The translations under genes were made by a program, and so were the position numbers. A stretch of 44,829 bases of DNA from a virus (taxonomy: Duplodnaviria > Caudoviricetes): positions 1 through 44,829 of IMG/VR virus record IMGVR_UViG_3300049983_000005, one strand, 5' to 3'. This document shows, piece by piece, positions 25,912 through 34,542 of the stretch (position 1 is its first letter; each line of letters opens with the position of its first letter). The notes under the pieces are model-generated. The model made no database searches and was not told the DNA's origin. It saw only the letters and a list, made by a program, of their open reading frames with translations.

Positions 25912-27084
25912 CTACGACCTGCGGACGACCGTATAACCCAACGCCTCGTATTCGGCCAGCTTGCTTTTCTCGATGACCTGTACCGTGTCCGCGGTCGCGT
26001 TACTGGCGATAAGTTGATTTGTCCGAATACGGCCGACAATCCATCTTCCCCAAGGCAAGACCTTTTCAACCACGAAATGGTATCCGACCCAAATTGCCAG
26101 CCCGACAATTACCGTCCAAAAGATAAAGCGCCAAGTCTCCGCTGATAACCCTAACGCCTGCGCCTGTTGAGCCTTTTCGATGGCGGTATTGGTCGTCACT
26201 CCGCCGCCGAGGGCGGCCATGACCTTTGTGTATAACGCGCCTAAGAATCCTTTCGGCTTTTCCGCTACAGGTTCGGATTCTTTCTCGATAACGACGTCGG
26301 TCTTGTTTGGAGCTGATGGCAGCGGATCGGCACCTGCCTCTCCACTGGCGGGGACGTGGATAAGATCGTCGTCCAGCCCGTTCGGATCTTCGACGTTCGG
26401 GCTTTCCGCGGCTGCAGGGATATCCACGTTCGGATAATCATGTTCCTCATTTGCTTTCGAGATGGCCGGTGCCGATAGTTTGCCCGAAATGTCGTCAGCA
26501 GTTAGTATCCAGTCGGTTGGGATCGCCGCTTTTCCGCGTCGAAAATACTGCTGCCGTTCCGTCCACTGGTTTGGGTTTCCCGTCTTTCTGTTTCGCCCGT
26601 TGATACGAACGTGGTAGGTTTTCAGATCACCGACATCGGCATAGCCGTTGAGCTTCTTATAGCCGTTAACGAACCATCCCGCCGAGTCCGTCGCATAGGG
26701 CTCAAGCGCGAGTTTTTCTGGCTCTTTGACGAAATCAACGAACGGAAGATGTTTGGAGTTTCTGAGATATTCGGTATATGCCTCGTAGACATCGCGCCCG
26801 GTCAGCTGGATCCTGCCTCGGCCTTTGAACCGCCGACCATCGCCCTTCTGAGTGTTGCCCAGATCGCGCCGGCCCTCGTATGCCGCGCCTGACGCGATCT
26901 CTTCCTGGTACTTCAACTCACCGGATTCGATCGCGAGCGCGGACAGCCATGCCTGAATACGCCGGGCCGTGGTAATTTTGTATGCCAGTGCCACCATCAT
27001 CAGGACCGGTAACGCTGCTTTGATTCTCGCAGTCGGCGCGTAAGGCATGATCGTCTTCACCATTTCAACCGTTAGTTTTGCCAT
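25912..27084 (-). CDS. Endolysin, glycoside hydrolase family 19, with C-terminal membrane segment
   Basis: ESGELKY.EE, YEGRRDLGNTQKGDG..FKGRG.IQLTGR, SAGWF, RING; acidic Pro linker; TM FIFWTVIVGLAIWVGYHFVV. Confidence 0.92.
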   Translation of the reverse strand: MAKLTVEMVKTIMPYAPTARIKAALPVLMMVALAYKITTARRIQAWLSALAIESGELKYQEEIASGAAYEGRRDLGNTQKGDGRRFKGRGRIQLTGRDVYEAYTEYLRNSKHLPFVDFVKEPEKLALEPYATDSAGWFVNGYKKLNGYADVGDLKTYHVRINGRNRKTGNPNQWTERQQYFRRGKAAIPTDWILTADDISGKLSAPAISKANEEHDYPNVDIPAAAESPNVEDPNGLDDDLIHVPASGEAGADPLPSAPNKTDVVIEKESEPVAEKPKGFLGALYTKVMAALGGGVTTNTAIEKAQQAQALGLSAETWRFIFWTVIVGLAIWVGYHFVVEKVLPWGRWIVGRIRTNQLIASNATADTVQVIEKSKLAEYEALGYTVVRRS

Positions 27085-27100
27085 ATCTAGTCTCCAGGGG

Positions 27101-27149
27101 AAAAAGCAAAACGCCGGCTAGATCGTTTATAGATCTAACACGGCGTTTT
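27101..27149 (-). terminator. Terminator/attenuator hairpin in the lysis-operon leader
   Basis: AAAACGCCG-tgt-TAGATC-tataaac-GATCTA-gc-CGGCGTTTT-gcTTTTT; candidate promoter TTGCAA-N18-TAGAGT at 27221-27192. Confidence 0.65.
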
Positions 27150-27235
27150 ACCATGTAGTTTGGGCCATTCAGCCCCACATAAATTGAACTTACTCTATAT
27201 CAAAACTACGCCCAATTGCAACGGAAAAAATGTAC

Positions 27236-27436
27236 TCACTTAAACTTCACCCGCGTCTTAAAGCCGCAGATATCGCACGTCACGCTATTGTTCCGGAGGT
27301 CGACGACCCTTTTTCGCCCGTTCGCAGGTTTTAAAGTGACCACGGAACCATTAATCTCACAGAGCTCCGCTTTGCACAGCTCGCCGGTCTCGGGCAGCCT
27401 CCCTTCGCAATAGATCATCTTCGGCTCGTTCGCCAT
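27236..27436 (-). CDS. Com-like zinc-ribbon regulator
   Basis: 66 aa; IYC...LCKAELC...VTCDICGFKTRV pattern like Mu Com family zinc ribbons. Confidence 0.6.
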   Translation of the reverse strand: MANEPKMIYCEGRLPETGELCKAELCEINGSVVTLKPANGRKRVVDLRNNSVTCDICGFKTRVKFK

Positions 27437-27438
27437 TT

Positions 27439-28233
27439 TTAGTTATTGCTCCTACCCGACTCTCGATCTGCCTGGTCACCATTATTCTCTCCCATGGCCT
27501 CGCGCATTTCGTTTGCAAGCCATTCAACAAAGCCCTCGGTGTCCAGGTAACACCAATGGCAGATCGTAAATCCCTCGGTTCCGGCTTCCTCGCTTTTTCC
27601 GAAAATGCCTACATCGTTTGTTCCTCCGCATTTCTCGCATGGTCCCACCTCTTCGACTTTGCCGAAGTCCGGATCGGTGAGATATCGGCAGTATGATTTG
27701 ATAACCGGGCGAATCTGTTCATCCGAATAGTTTCCAATCATCTTGTCGAGGAAACACGGCATGACGACGCCTACGATGTCCAACCCGCTTTTGACCAATA
27801 TCGGGCCACGCGGATCGAGAGGATCTTGCGCGAAGTTCAGCTGTTTAGCGTGGTAGACCAGCCAGACGATATCGAAATATTGGCGATTGAGTAGCGCGGA
27901 GTTATCGAAATATAGGCCGTATTCATCGTAAAATAATGGCTGGATAGGGGACTCTGCGAGGACTGATTCGACCAAAGAATCGAAATTGTCATTTTTGTCG
28001 TGGAACCATTGAGCGTTAACTTCGGGCATTCCGTCCAGGAATTTCGACGGGTACACCAACGCGTAACAACCATTTGAAATCGCGGGGCGGCCTAGTAACG
28101 TGCTTTTGATTACGCAGATAGCTTTTTGCTCTATCTGGCCGTTCGGCATGAAAGGTTTATAACTATCCGCTTCGAAGCGTGTCATTGTCTGGTAAAGCTC
28201 TTTGAAGAGATTGATCTTTTCCTCATTGGTCAT
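27439..28233 (-). CDS. Hypothetical protein with C-terminal CxxC..CxxC
   Basis: 264-aa ORF in the operon; CEKCGG and CHWC. Confidence 0.7.
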   Translation of the reverse strand: MTNEEKINLFKELYQTMTRFEADSYKPFMPNGQIEQKAICVIKSTLLGRPAISNGCYALVYPSKFLDGMPEVNAQWFHDKNDNFDSLVESVLAESPIQPLFYDEYGLYFDNSALLNRQYFDIVWLVYHAKQLNFAQDPLDPRGPILVKSGLDIVGVVMPCFLDKMIGNYSDEQIRPVIKSYCRYLTDPDFGKVEEVGPCEKCGGTNDVGIFGKSEEAGTEGFTICHWCYLDTEGFVEWLANEMREAMGENNGDQADRESGRSNN

Positions 28234-28236
28234 AGG

Positions 28237-28653
28237 TCAGATAAACCTCCTTTTCTTTGCGTTCAGGCTTTTAAGAACTTCACCGAGCTTTTCGAGCAGC
28301 TCGGCTTTCTCGTTTGGATCTTCCTCGGCCTGCCAGTCCTTGAGAGTTTCCGTCGCGACCGACGCGTAGACCTTCGTCTCCACCGGGTTCTCGTCGTAGT
28401 AACCGGTAGCCTTGAGTTCCTGGACGCGCTTGGTCCACCCGCCGCATACCCGCGCAGCTGGCGCCAGTTCGCGCCTCTCCTGGCGGGAAAGCGGACGACC
28501 AAAGACCGGGTTCTTATAATCGACGGACTCGTGACAGTGAAAGGATTTCGGGCCCAGAACGCACAGCTCGGCCGTTAAATAGCTTACCGGCTCCTCGCTC
28601 GCTTCCGAGCCCGGACGAAAAGCGCACCCGGCGCACTGTTTAAGCTGAGGCAT
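28237..28653 (-). CDS. Zn-binding hypothetical protein
   Basis: CAGCAFRPGS, FHCH and VCGGW motifs. Confidence 0.75.
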   Translation of the reverse strand: MPQLKQCAGCAFRPGSEASEEPVSYLTAELCVLGPKSFHCHESVDYKNPVFGRPLSRQERRELAPAARVCGGWTKRVQELKATGYYDENPVETKVYASVATETLKDWQAEEDPNEKAELLEKLGEVLKSLNAKKRRFI

Positions 28654-29122
28654 CTTTGCCCTCCTCGAGGTATTCCGGGAAGTCCTCGTCGCTAATAACC
28701 CGGACCATCCGTTCGTGAAGGCCAGCCGCCAGCGCCTTCATTTTTCCGTCCGTCTCCTCAAACCAGTCGTTCATCGCTCCCATTAGAAAGTCCCGGAGTT
28801 CGCCACTTTCGAGAACTTTATTGTGCTCGTCGGCAAATTCAGTTGTTTCGGGAAGGATGATCCTCCGGAAGTCTTTATCGATGATCGTACGAACCGCGCC
28901 CGCGGCCGCGGAGTAGCCGAAAGCCTGCATCGTGAAGAAATCGAACATAAACAGCGCTGCGTCGCGGGATTCCTGGTCGATATCTTTCTGAATGGCGATA
29001 AGGTAGGCGACCGACTGACCGGCGATCGCCATCCTGTTCATGCGCCGAAGAGCCGGCTCCTGTTTAGACAGGAGCTTCAGGCTATCGGCTAGTTTCGAGA
29101 GGATGAACTGTTGTTTGGTCAC
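28640..29122 (-). CDS. Hypothetical protein
   Basis: GTG 29122 overlaps the upstream TGA; helical protein. Confidence 0.7.
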   Translation of the reverse strand: MTKQQFILSKLADSLKLLSKQEPALRRMNRMAIAGQSVAYLIAIQKDIDQESRDAALFMFDFFTMQAFGYSAAAGAVRTIIDKDFRRIILPETTEFADEHNKVLESGELRDFLMGAMNDWFEETDGKMKALAAGLHERMVRVISDEDFPEYLEEGKDASA

Positions 29123-30648
29123 CGTACGACCTCCTCGGCGACCCGCGGAGTCCTTTCGGCGCGGGCCTGCTCCTCGTGGGCCTCGACCACTTCCGCGATC
29201 GCGCAAAGGAGATCTCGGCCGAGCGCGTTTTCCTTGAAAAAGCTACCGGAGAAGTCGATAACGAGCCGGCCGCTTTTCAGATCGATCGCCGTCGTGAACT
29301 GCGGCATCGGCATCGCGGCCATGAGCCCCGCCATGGGGAAGAACGCTCGGGATCCACCCATTCCTCCTATCCCCGGCAAACCTTCGTTTTCGAATAAGTG
29401 CTCGAACAAGGTTTTGGGACGCTTTGGCGGATCGTCCCGCCAGCGAGAGGGCTCGGCTTCCTTAGCTTGCTCGTCTCTCGGTCCTGTTTCAGGGGCCTTT
29501 TCGGTTTCCTTTTCCCGTTGCTGGCTGAAATTATCGACCGGCAGCTCTTTCTCCGCGAGAAGATCGAACGGAGACGCTGGTGCCTGTTGTTCGGGCTCGA
29601 CCAGCTGCTCGGCATCGCACGCGACCTGTACTTCGTCCTTGGCGCCCCCGGCGCAGGCGTGGTTGCCTTCCCCGAATAGACCGGCGCCACAGTTGCCGCA
29701 ATACCAGATCTTATCCTCCGCCCCGTCCGGACCGTTCGGGAACTCCGCGTGATCAGCCGCGGCCGAGAGATCGTACTCCTTCCCGACAACATCTTCTTCC
29801 TGGTCGGGTATATCGAGCGGGTCCTCCTCGTTGATTTTGACTTCGTCGACCACTGGCAGACGGCCGCCGTTTTCGCTAATTGTTTTAGTAAATTTCTGAT
29901 CGAAATCTGCGAGCGGACTTCCTACCGGCGCTGCCGCAGCTCTTTCCGGGATCGTGACGATATCGACTCCGCCGTTGCCGTTCATGACGAGCTTCGACGT
30001 CGCCGGCGGCTCGCTGCCTTTGACAAAATAGGCCGTCACGGCGCCGCATTGCCGTTCTACGATCGCCCGGGCCGCGACAAGGCCGCTTATCGCCTGGCCT
30101 ATCTTGCCGGGGGGGTACATTTCGAGGGCAGTGTGTATCGCTCGCCTTAGATTACTTCCCCCGCCGATCGCTTCGACGACCTTTTCCTCGATGATCCGGA
30201 GCGCCTCTTCTTCGTCCTCCGGAAGCTCGACCTGACCGTTAGAAGCCGTTGCCGGCACGCCCTTACGGCGCTGCTTTCCCTGGACGATCGCGTCTTTCCA
30301 TTTTTGATCGGAATTTTGCCAGTTGTAGTAACTGCCGCTCGATATACCGAATTCCAGGCAGATCTCGTCGACCGATTTACCTTCGGTTACCATCTGCTCT
30401 AATTTTGTGTAATCAATGTTTTTTTCGTTCATTTCTGTCTCCCTTTGTTTGTTTAAAAAAATCTTCAATCCTCTCTTGGCCAGTGCGATCTCGAGCTTTT
30501 TCAACGCCCGTTTTTCTATCAGCCAAATATTGTTTTTGTTACACCCCGCAACATCAGCGATCTCCTGCGTCGTCCTAGTCACCCCGCGCGGCGTCGCCAG
30601 ATAAAGCAGATGGATCCCGGCATCTATAGAGCCGTCGGCAAAAGGCAT
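29119..30648 (-). CDS. Multi-HTH protein: sigma70 region-4-like N-terminus, second HTH, acidic region with Zn knuckle
   Basis: TTQEIADVAGCNKNNIWLIEKRALKKL; KSVDEICLEFGISSGSYYNW; internal SD plus ATG at 30432; start uncertain (30706 via the G tract, 30672 or 30648). Confidence 0.7.
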   Translation of the reverse strand: MPFADGSIDAGIHLLYLATPRGVTRTTQEIADVAGCNKNNIWLIEKRALKKLEIALAKRGLKIFLNKQRETEMNEKNIDYTKLEQMVTEGKSVDEICLEFGISSGSYYNWQNSDQKWKDAIVQGKQRRKGVPATASNGQVELPEDEEEALRIIEEKVVEAIGGGSNLRRAIHTALEMYPPGKIGQAISGLVAARAIVERQCGAVTAYFVKGSEPPATSKLVMNGNGGVDIVTIPERAAAAPVGSPLADFDQKFTKTISENGGRLPVVDEVKINEEDPLDIPDQEEDVVGKEYDLSAAADHAEFPNGPDGAEDKIWYCGNCGAGLFGEGNHACAGGAKDEVQVACDAEQLVEPEQQAPASPFDLLAEKELPVDNFSQQREKETEKAPETGPRDEQAKEAEPSRWRDDPPKRPKTLFEHLFENEGLPGIGGMGGSRAFFPMAGLMAAMPMPQFTTAIDLKSGRLVIDFSGSFFKENALGRDLLCAIAEVVEAHEEQARAERTPRVAEEVVR

Positions 30649-30658
30649 GTCGGTAATA

Positions 30659-30670
30659 CCCCCCCCCCCC
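30659..30670 (-). repeat. G12 homopolymer (C12 on plus strand), candidate slippage/phase-variation tract
   Basis: 12 consecutive C on the plus strand at the 5' end of the HTH gene. Confidence 0.9.
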
Positions 30671-30702
30671 ACTTTTAACAGTGTTTTTCAGATATTCGTG
30701 GG

Positions 30703-31722
30703 TCATGCTTTTACGGTTTGCTTCGCCTCCTGGTGTTTACACTTCGATTTGCGCGGGACCTTGTTAACGACGATCGTTATCCAGCCGAAGCCCTCCCGGC
30801 AGGCGTCGCAATAGGTCGGTTTATGACCGTTGCCGTTCGAGGCCGGCGCCGCGGCTTTTTCCTTTGCCAGCCAGCCCTTGATCTCCTTCAGGATCGTCGC
30901 AATCGTAACGGGCCCTTTCCGCCAGCTGATCTGTGAGGCGTGGGTAGTAGCGAATTTGTAAAATGCCTCGACCTCGCTCAGCAGGATCCCTTCGTCGAGC
31001 AGCCACTCGATCTGCTTTTCGAAAACGGGATCGGTATCAGGAGGGCAGCTGCCCGGACCGTGCGATTTTTCCCACCAGGTCCTGAAGTTTTTGGCGTAGC
31101 CTCTGAAGGTCGCCGAAGGCTCCACACACACACCTTTTTTGCTCTTGTGTGTGTTTAAATCTTCTGAAGAAGAAGTCTTAACTCTTAAGGAATGATTTGG
31201 ATTTTTCTCCAAATGGTCAGTAGTGTTTTGCTGGTTACCATTTGGATTTTTCTCCAAATGGTCTTTGGATTTTTCTCCAAATGCATTTGGATTTTTCTCC
31301 AAATGGTCAGGTGCTTCTACAGGCTGCCCGGCCGATATAAATTCGAGGTATTTTTTGTCTAAAAAGTCGTAGTCGATCCGGTGATATTTCGTCATATCCC
31401 CGGTGTTTTTGTGCGGCTGTTTAGCAATCAAATACCCGTTGGTTTCGAGCCACTGAAGGTGCTTACTGACCGTATCGCCGGAGACCTTCCCGCTCTTCTT
31501 GTTCGTGGTTTTCCAGAAGGTGAAGTGGTCCTCTACCCACTCGCGCGCCGAGTTGTAGATATATTTCTCGCCCTCGATCATCACCCCCCCACGTTTCTGC
31601 GACCAAAGGTAATGAATCTGCTGAAGAACGATCGCGCGGGGCAGGCCGATCAGGCACGCCAGCGAGGGAAGCACCTGGAGCGGCGTTTCGTTTATGAGTA
31701 GTTTTGAGTGTTCGTTTATCAC
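30703..31722 (-). CDS. Phage replication initiator
   Basis: KLLINETPLQVLPSLA..IGL..AIVLQQIHY..YNS..EW...F.FW N-terminal wHTH; internal iterons. Confidence 0.85.
   Translation of the reverse strand: MINEHSKLLINETPLQVLPSLACLIGLPRAIVLQQIHYLWSQKRGGVMIEGEKYIYNSAREWVEDHFTFWKTTNKKSGKVSGDTVSKHLQWLETNGYLIAKQPHKNTGDMTKYHRIDYDFLDKKYLEFISAGQPVEAPDHLEKNPNAFGEKSKDHLEKNPNGNQQNTTDHLEKNPNHSLRVKTSSSEDLNTHKSKKGVCVEPSATFRGYAKNFRTWWEKSHGPGSCPPDTDPVFEKQIEWLLDEGILLSEVEAFYKFATTHASQISWRKGPVTIATILKEIKGWLAKEKAAAPASNGNGHKPTYCDACREGFGWITIVVNKVPRKSKCKHQEAKQTVKA
31196..31305. repeat. Four 20-bp iterons (phage replication origin)
   Basis: TTTGGATTTTTCTCCAAATG at 31196, 31241, 31264 and 31286. Confidence 0.85.
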
Positions 31723-32642
31723 TATTTGGTGGTCGGTACGAATTTCCCTTTTTCATCCAGCCGGTACCAGGCGAACGCTTTAAGCTTTCCACCAGAGCCT
31801 TTTTCGTCACTGGTTTCTGCGCACTTCATTTCGTACCGCTGCTCTTTTTCGTTCCACCAGGCGAGGGCGATACATCCGTACTCGCCGGCCATCCCTTTGC
31901 CTTGGTAACCTGTGACGATCGCGGCGGAGGCCTTACCGGTAGCCGACGATGCCGATCTGTCGCCGGTAGCCGACGATGCCGAGCTGTAGCCGGTAGCCGA
32001 CGATGCCGAGCTGTCGCCGGTAGCCGACGATGCCGATCTGTCGCCGGTAGCCGACGATGCCGAGCTGTAGCCGGTAGCCGACGATGCCGATCTGTCGCCG
32101 GTAGCCGACGATGCCGAGCTGTCGCCGGTAGCCGACGATGCCGAGCTGTCGCCGGTAGCCGACGATGCCGAGCTGTAGCCGGTAGCCGACGATGCCGAGC
32201 TGTCGCCGGTAGCCGACGATTCGCCATCCGCGAAATGTTCAACCCACTTTTTCTGCCCGTCCAGGATGAACATCATTGCGCCGTACCAGTCACCCTTATA
32301 GCGCAGGATCCCGGTCTTGAATTTACATTTTTGGTCACCGCCGACATTCCCGGTTATATCCCCGGGCTTGACACCATAGACCTGCCACAGGCCGTCATTC
32401 CAGTCCGGCTCCTTTCCATCGCCTAAACCCATTCCCCAGGGCCAGCCATGGATACCCCCGCCGCAAACCGGTTCCGGGTCCCAATGCGGCTCAATTACCG
32501 CTTCGCCGACCTCCATCGGGTGCTGAAAGCTGTTGAACGATTTTCCGTCTGCATTGGAAAAACGCAGTATCAGGACCTCGCCGTCCTCATTTACCCATTG
32601 ATGAACGGGCGTCTTAATTTTGGGTGTAGGTTTTTTAGCCAT
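31722..32642 (-). CDS. Phage protein with nonapeptide Ser/Ala/Thr/Gly repeats (probable beta-solenoid)
   Basis: CGGGIHGW N-domain; (SSATG[D/Y][S/R]SA)x10; C-terminal LKAFAWYRLDEKGKFV. Confidence 0.8.
   Translation of the reverse strand: MAKKPTPKIKTPVHQWVNEDGEVLILRFSNADGKSFNSFQHPMEVGEAVIEPHWDPEPVCGGGIHGWPWGMGLGDGKEPDWNDGLWQVYGVKPGDITGNVGGDQKCKFKTGILRYKGDWYGAMMFILDGQKKWVEHFADGESSATGDSSASSATGYSSASSATGDSSASSATGDSSASSATGDRSASSATGYSSASSATGDRSASSATGDSSASSATGYSSASSATGDRSASSATGKASAAIVTGYQGKGMAGEYGCIALAWWNEKEQRYEMKCAETSDEKGSGGKLKAFAWYRLDEKGKFVPTTK
31936..32220. repeat. 27-bp tandem repeat, 10.5 copies
   Basis: CCGGTAGCCGACGATGCCGA[G/T]CTGT[C/A]G units, contiguous. Confidence 0.95.
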
Positions 32643-32660
32643 TAAATTCTCCTCATCAAC

Positions 32661-34028
32661 TTATTCTCCTCCGTAGAGGTTCTCAAACTTTGAAAATTCC
32701 TTAATAAAGGCCACCTTAACGCTTCCTACCGGGCCATTTCGCTGCTTGCCGATGATGATCTCGGCGATGCCGGCATTTTCTTCGTCCGGCTTGTAGTAAT
32801 CCTCTCGGTAGATAAAGGCGACGACGTCGGCGTCCGCTTCGATCGCTCCGGACTCTCTGAGGTCGGACATCATGGGCCGCGGAGGATTGCGCGCTTCAGG
32901 CGCACGCGAGAGCTGAGAAAGCGCGACGACGGGCACGTTCAGCTCTTTAGCCAGGGCTTTCAATTCGCGCGAGATCAGAGCGACTTCCTGCTGGCGGGAT
33001 TCTGTCCGCCGGCCGCCGCTCATCAGCTGAAGGTAGTCGACGACTATAAGGTCCAAAGCTTTTTGTTCGGCTTTGAGCCTTCGGGCTTTGGAGCGCATTT
33101 CAAAAACCGATATCCCCGGCGTGTCGTCAATAAAAATGTTGGATTCTGTGAGAACGCCGTCGATCGCGAACGAGATCCTGCCCCATTCAGGCTGAGTGAG
33201 ATAACCGGTCCGGTACCGATTGCTGTCGATCTTGGCCTCGGCGGCGGTCATTTTTAAGGCGAGCTGCTCTTTGGACATTTCAAGCGAGAAAACGACGACG
33301 ACGGCATTGTCCGCTTTCGCCGCGTTCGCCGCGAAGTTAAGGACCAAGGTCGTCTTTCCCATCGATGGCCGGCCGGCGACGATGATCAGATCGGACTTTT
33401 GCAGTCCGCCCGTTTTTTCGTCGAGATCTCGGAGCCCGGTCGCGAGGCCGAGCAGGGCGTGTGTTTCCCGCTTCGCGAATTCCTCGGCTTTCTGCCTAAC
33501 ATCGCGTGCGACGACTCCGAGCTTTGCAAAGCCTTTTTTTAGCTGGAAATCGGATAAGGCGAAGATCTGCCTTTCGGCGCGCTCGAGCGTGTCCTCGACC
33601 TCTTCCTCCTCGTTGAGCGTTTCGCTAACGATATCGTTGCAAACGCGTACCAGGTCCCGGGCGAGCTTCTTTTTCTTAACGATCCCGATATAGAGGATCA
33701 GGTCGCTCATGTGCGGAAGCCCGTAGGTGAGATCAATGATCGTCGCCACGCCGCCGATGCTTTCAAGCATGGATTCCTTTTTAAGCTCCTCTCCGATCAG
33801 GACCGGCTCGAGAGGTTCGCCGCGGCCGAAGACCCCGAGCATCGCCTCGAAGATCCGCCGGTGCCGCGAGGAATAAAAATCGTCGGCTTTAAGGAGCTCG
33901 GCAGCCTGAAGCATTAGAAGATTGTCCAGGAGTAAGCAGCCGAGGATGATCCGCTCGGCTTCGTTGCTGGACGGCAGCGGCCGCTGAAGGAATTGCTCGC
34001 GCTTTGATTCGAGAAATACGGATGCCAT
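32661..34028 (-). CDS. dnaB: Replicative DNA helicase (phage-encoded)
   Basis: GRPSMGKT, FSLEMS, VVDYLQLM, LSQLSR, SDLRESGAIEADAD, KQRNGP. Confidence 0.97.
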   Translation of the reverse strand: MASVFLESKREQFLQRPLPSSNEAERIILGCLLLDNLLMLQAAELLKADDFYSSRHRRIFEAMLGVFGRGEPLEPVLIGEELKKESMLESIGGVATIIDLTYGLPHMSDLILYIGIVKKKKLARDLVRVCNDIVSETLNEEEEVEDTLERAERQIFALSDFQLKKGFAKLGVVARDVRQKAEEFAKRETHALLGLATGLRDLDEKTGGLQKSDLIIVAGRPSMGKTTLVLNFAANAAKADNAVVVVFSLEMSKEQLALKMTAAEAKIDSNRYRTGYLTQPEWGRISFAIDGVLTESNIFIDDTPGISVFEMRSKARRLKAEQKALDLIVVDYLQLMSGGRRTESRQQEVALISRELKALAKELNVPVVALSQLSRAPEARNPPRPMMSDLRESGAIEADADVVAFIYREDYYKPDEENAGIAEIIIGKQRNGPVGSVKVAFIKEFSKFENLYGGE

Positions 34029-34213
34029 TATCGCTTTGGTACCTCCCGAAGTTCGGCGCGACGGCCGGCGTACTTGCCGCTGGCGAGCTCTACGACATTC
34101 GTTGTCCGGATCCGGCTAAAGACCTCGTCGGCCGACGCCGCCATACTGGCTATTAGCCGCTCGAGCTGCTCGATCCGTTTCTCTTTTCGTCTGCATTCAA
34201 GACAATCGCTCAT
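34028..34213 (-). CDS. Small hypothetical protein
   Basis: Translationally coupled on both sides; CxxC plus coiled coil. Confidence 0.6.
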   Translation of the reverse strand: MSDCLECRRKEKRIEQLERLIASMAASADEVFSRIRTTNVVELASGKYAGRRAELREVPKR

Positions 34214-34542
34214 ATTAAATTTCCCATGACCATTTCAAACCACGCATTCTCCGGCGGCTTCACGCACCCGAGCCATTCGAGGGTTTCGTCGCTGTCGACC
34301 TGGATCTCAATCTTTACGCTCCAAAGCGGTTCTGCGAGGACGCCAGGCACCGCGTAACGGGCTGCTGTTGGCACCAGGGGGTGCGTAGGTGCGTACAAAA
34401 GGCCATACAGCCCTGCGCGCTCAGCTATTCCCGTCTGCAGCAGCCAGGCCCAACCAGCGGCATAAGATTTAACAGCCTGCGCGTGGGTACCGGGTTCAAA
34501 GACGATTCTCAGGTCCGGATCAAACCCGTTAGAGTTCTCCAT
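34210..34542 (-). CDS. Hypothetical protein
   Basis: AAGGAG SD before ATG 34542. Confidence 0.65.
   Translation of the reverse strand: MENSNGFDPDLRIVFEPGTHAQAVKSYAAGWAWLLQTGIAERAGLYGLLYAPTHPLVPTAARYAVPGVLAEPLWSVKIEIQVDSDETLEWLGCVKPPENAWFEMVMGNLI

Noticed and set aside
27229-27243. Third copy of the late-promoter motif (TTAAGTGAGTACATT)
   Set aside because: Only 9/15 identity and the spacing to the -10 box does not match 27
31936-32220. CRISPR array
   Set aside because: Units are contiguous with no spacers, and are in-frame coding repeats
31704-32426. Alternative-frame ORFs (AVAGSRRCR and RRLPATARH repeats)
   Set aside because: Shadows of the 27-bp repeat; the 31722-32642 frame has real flanking domains
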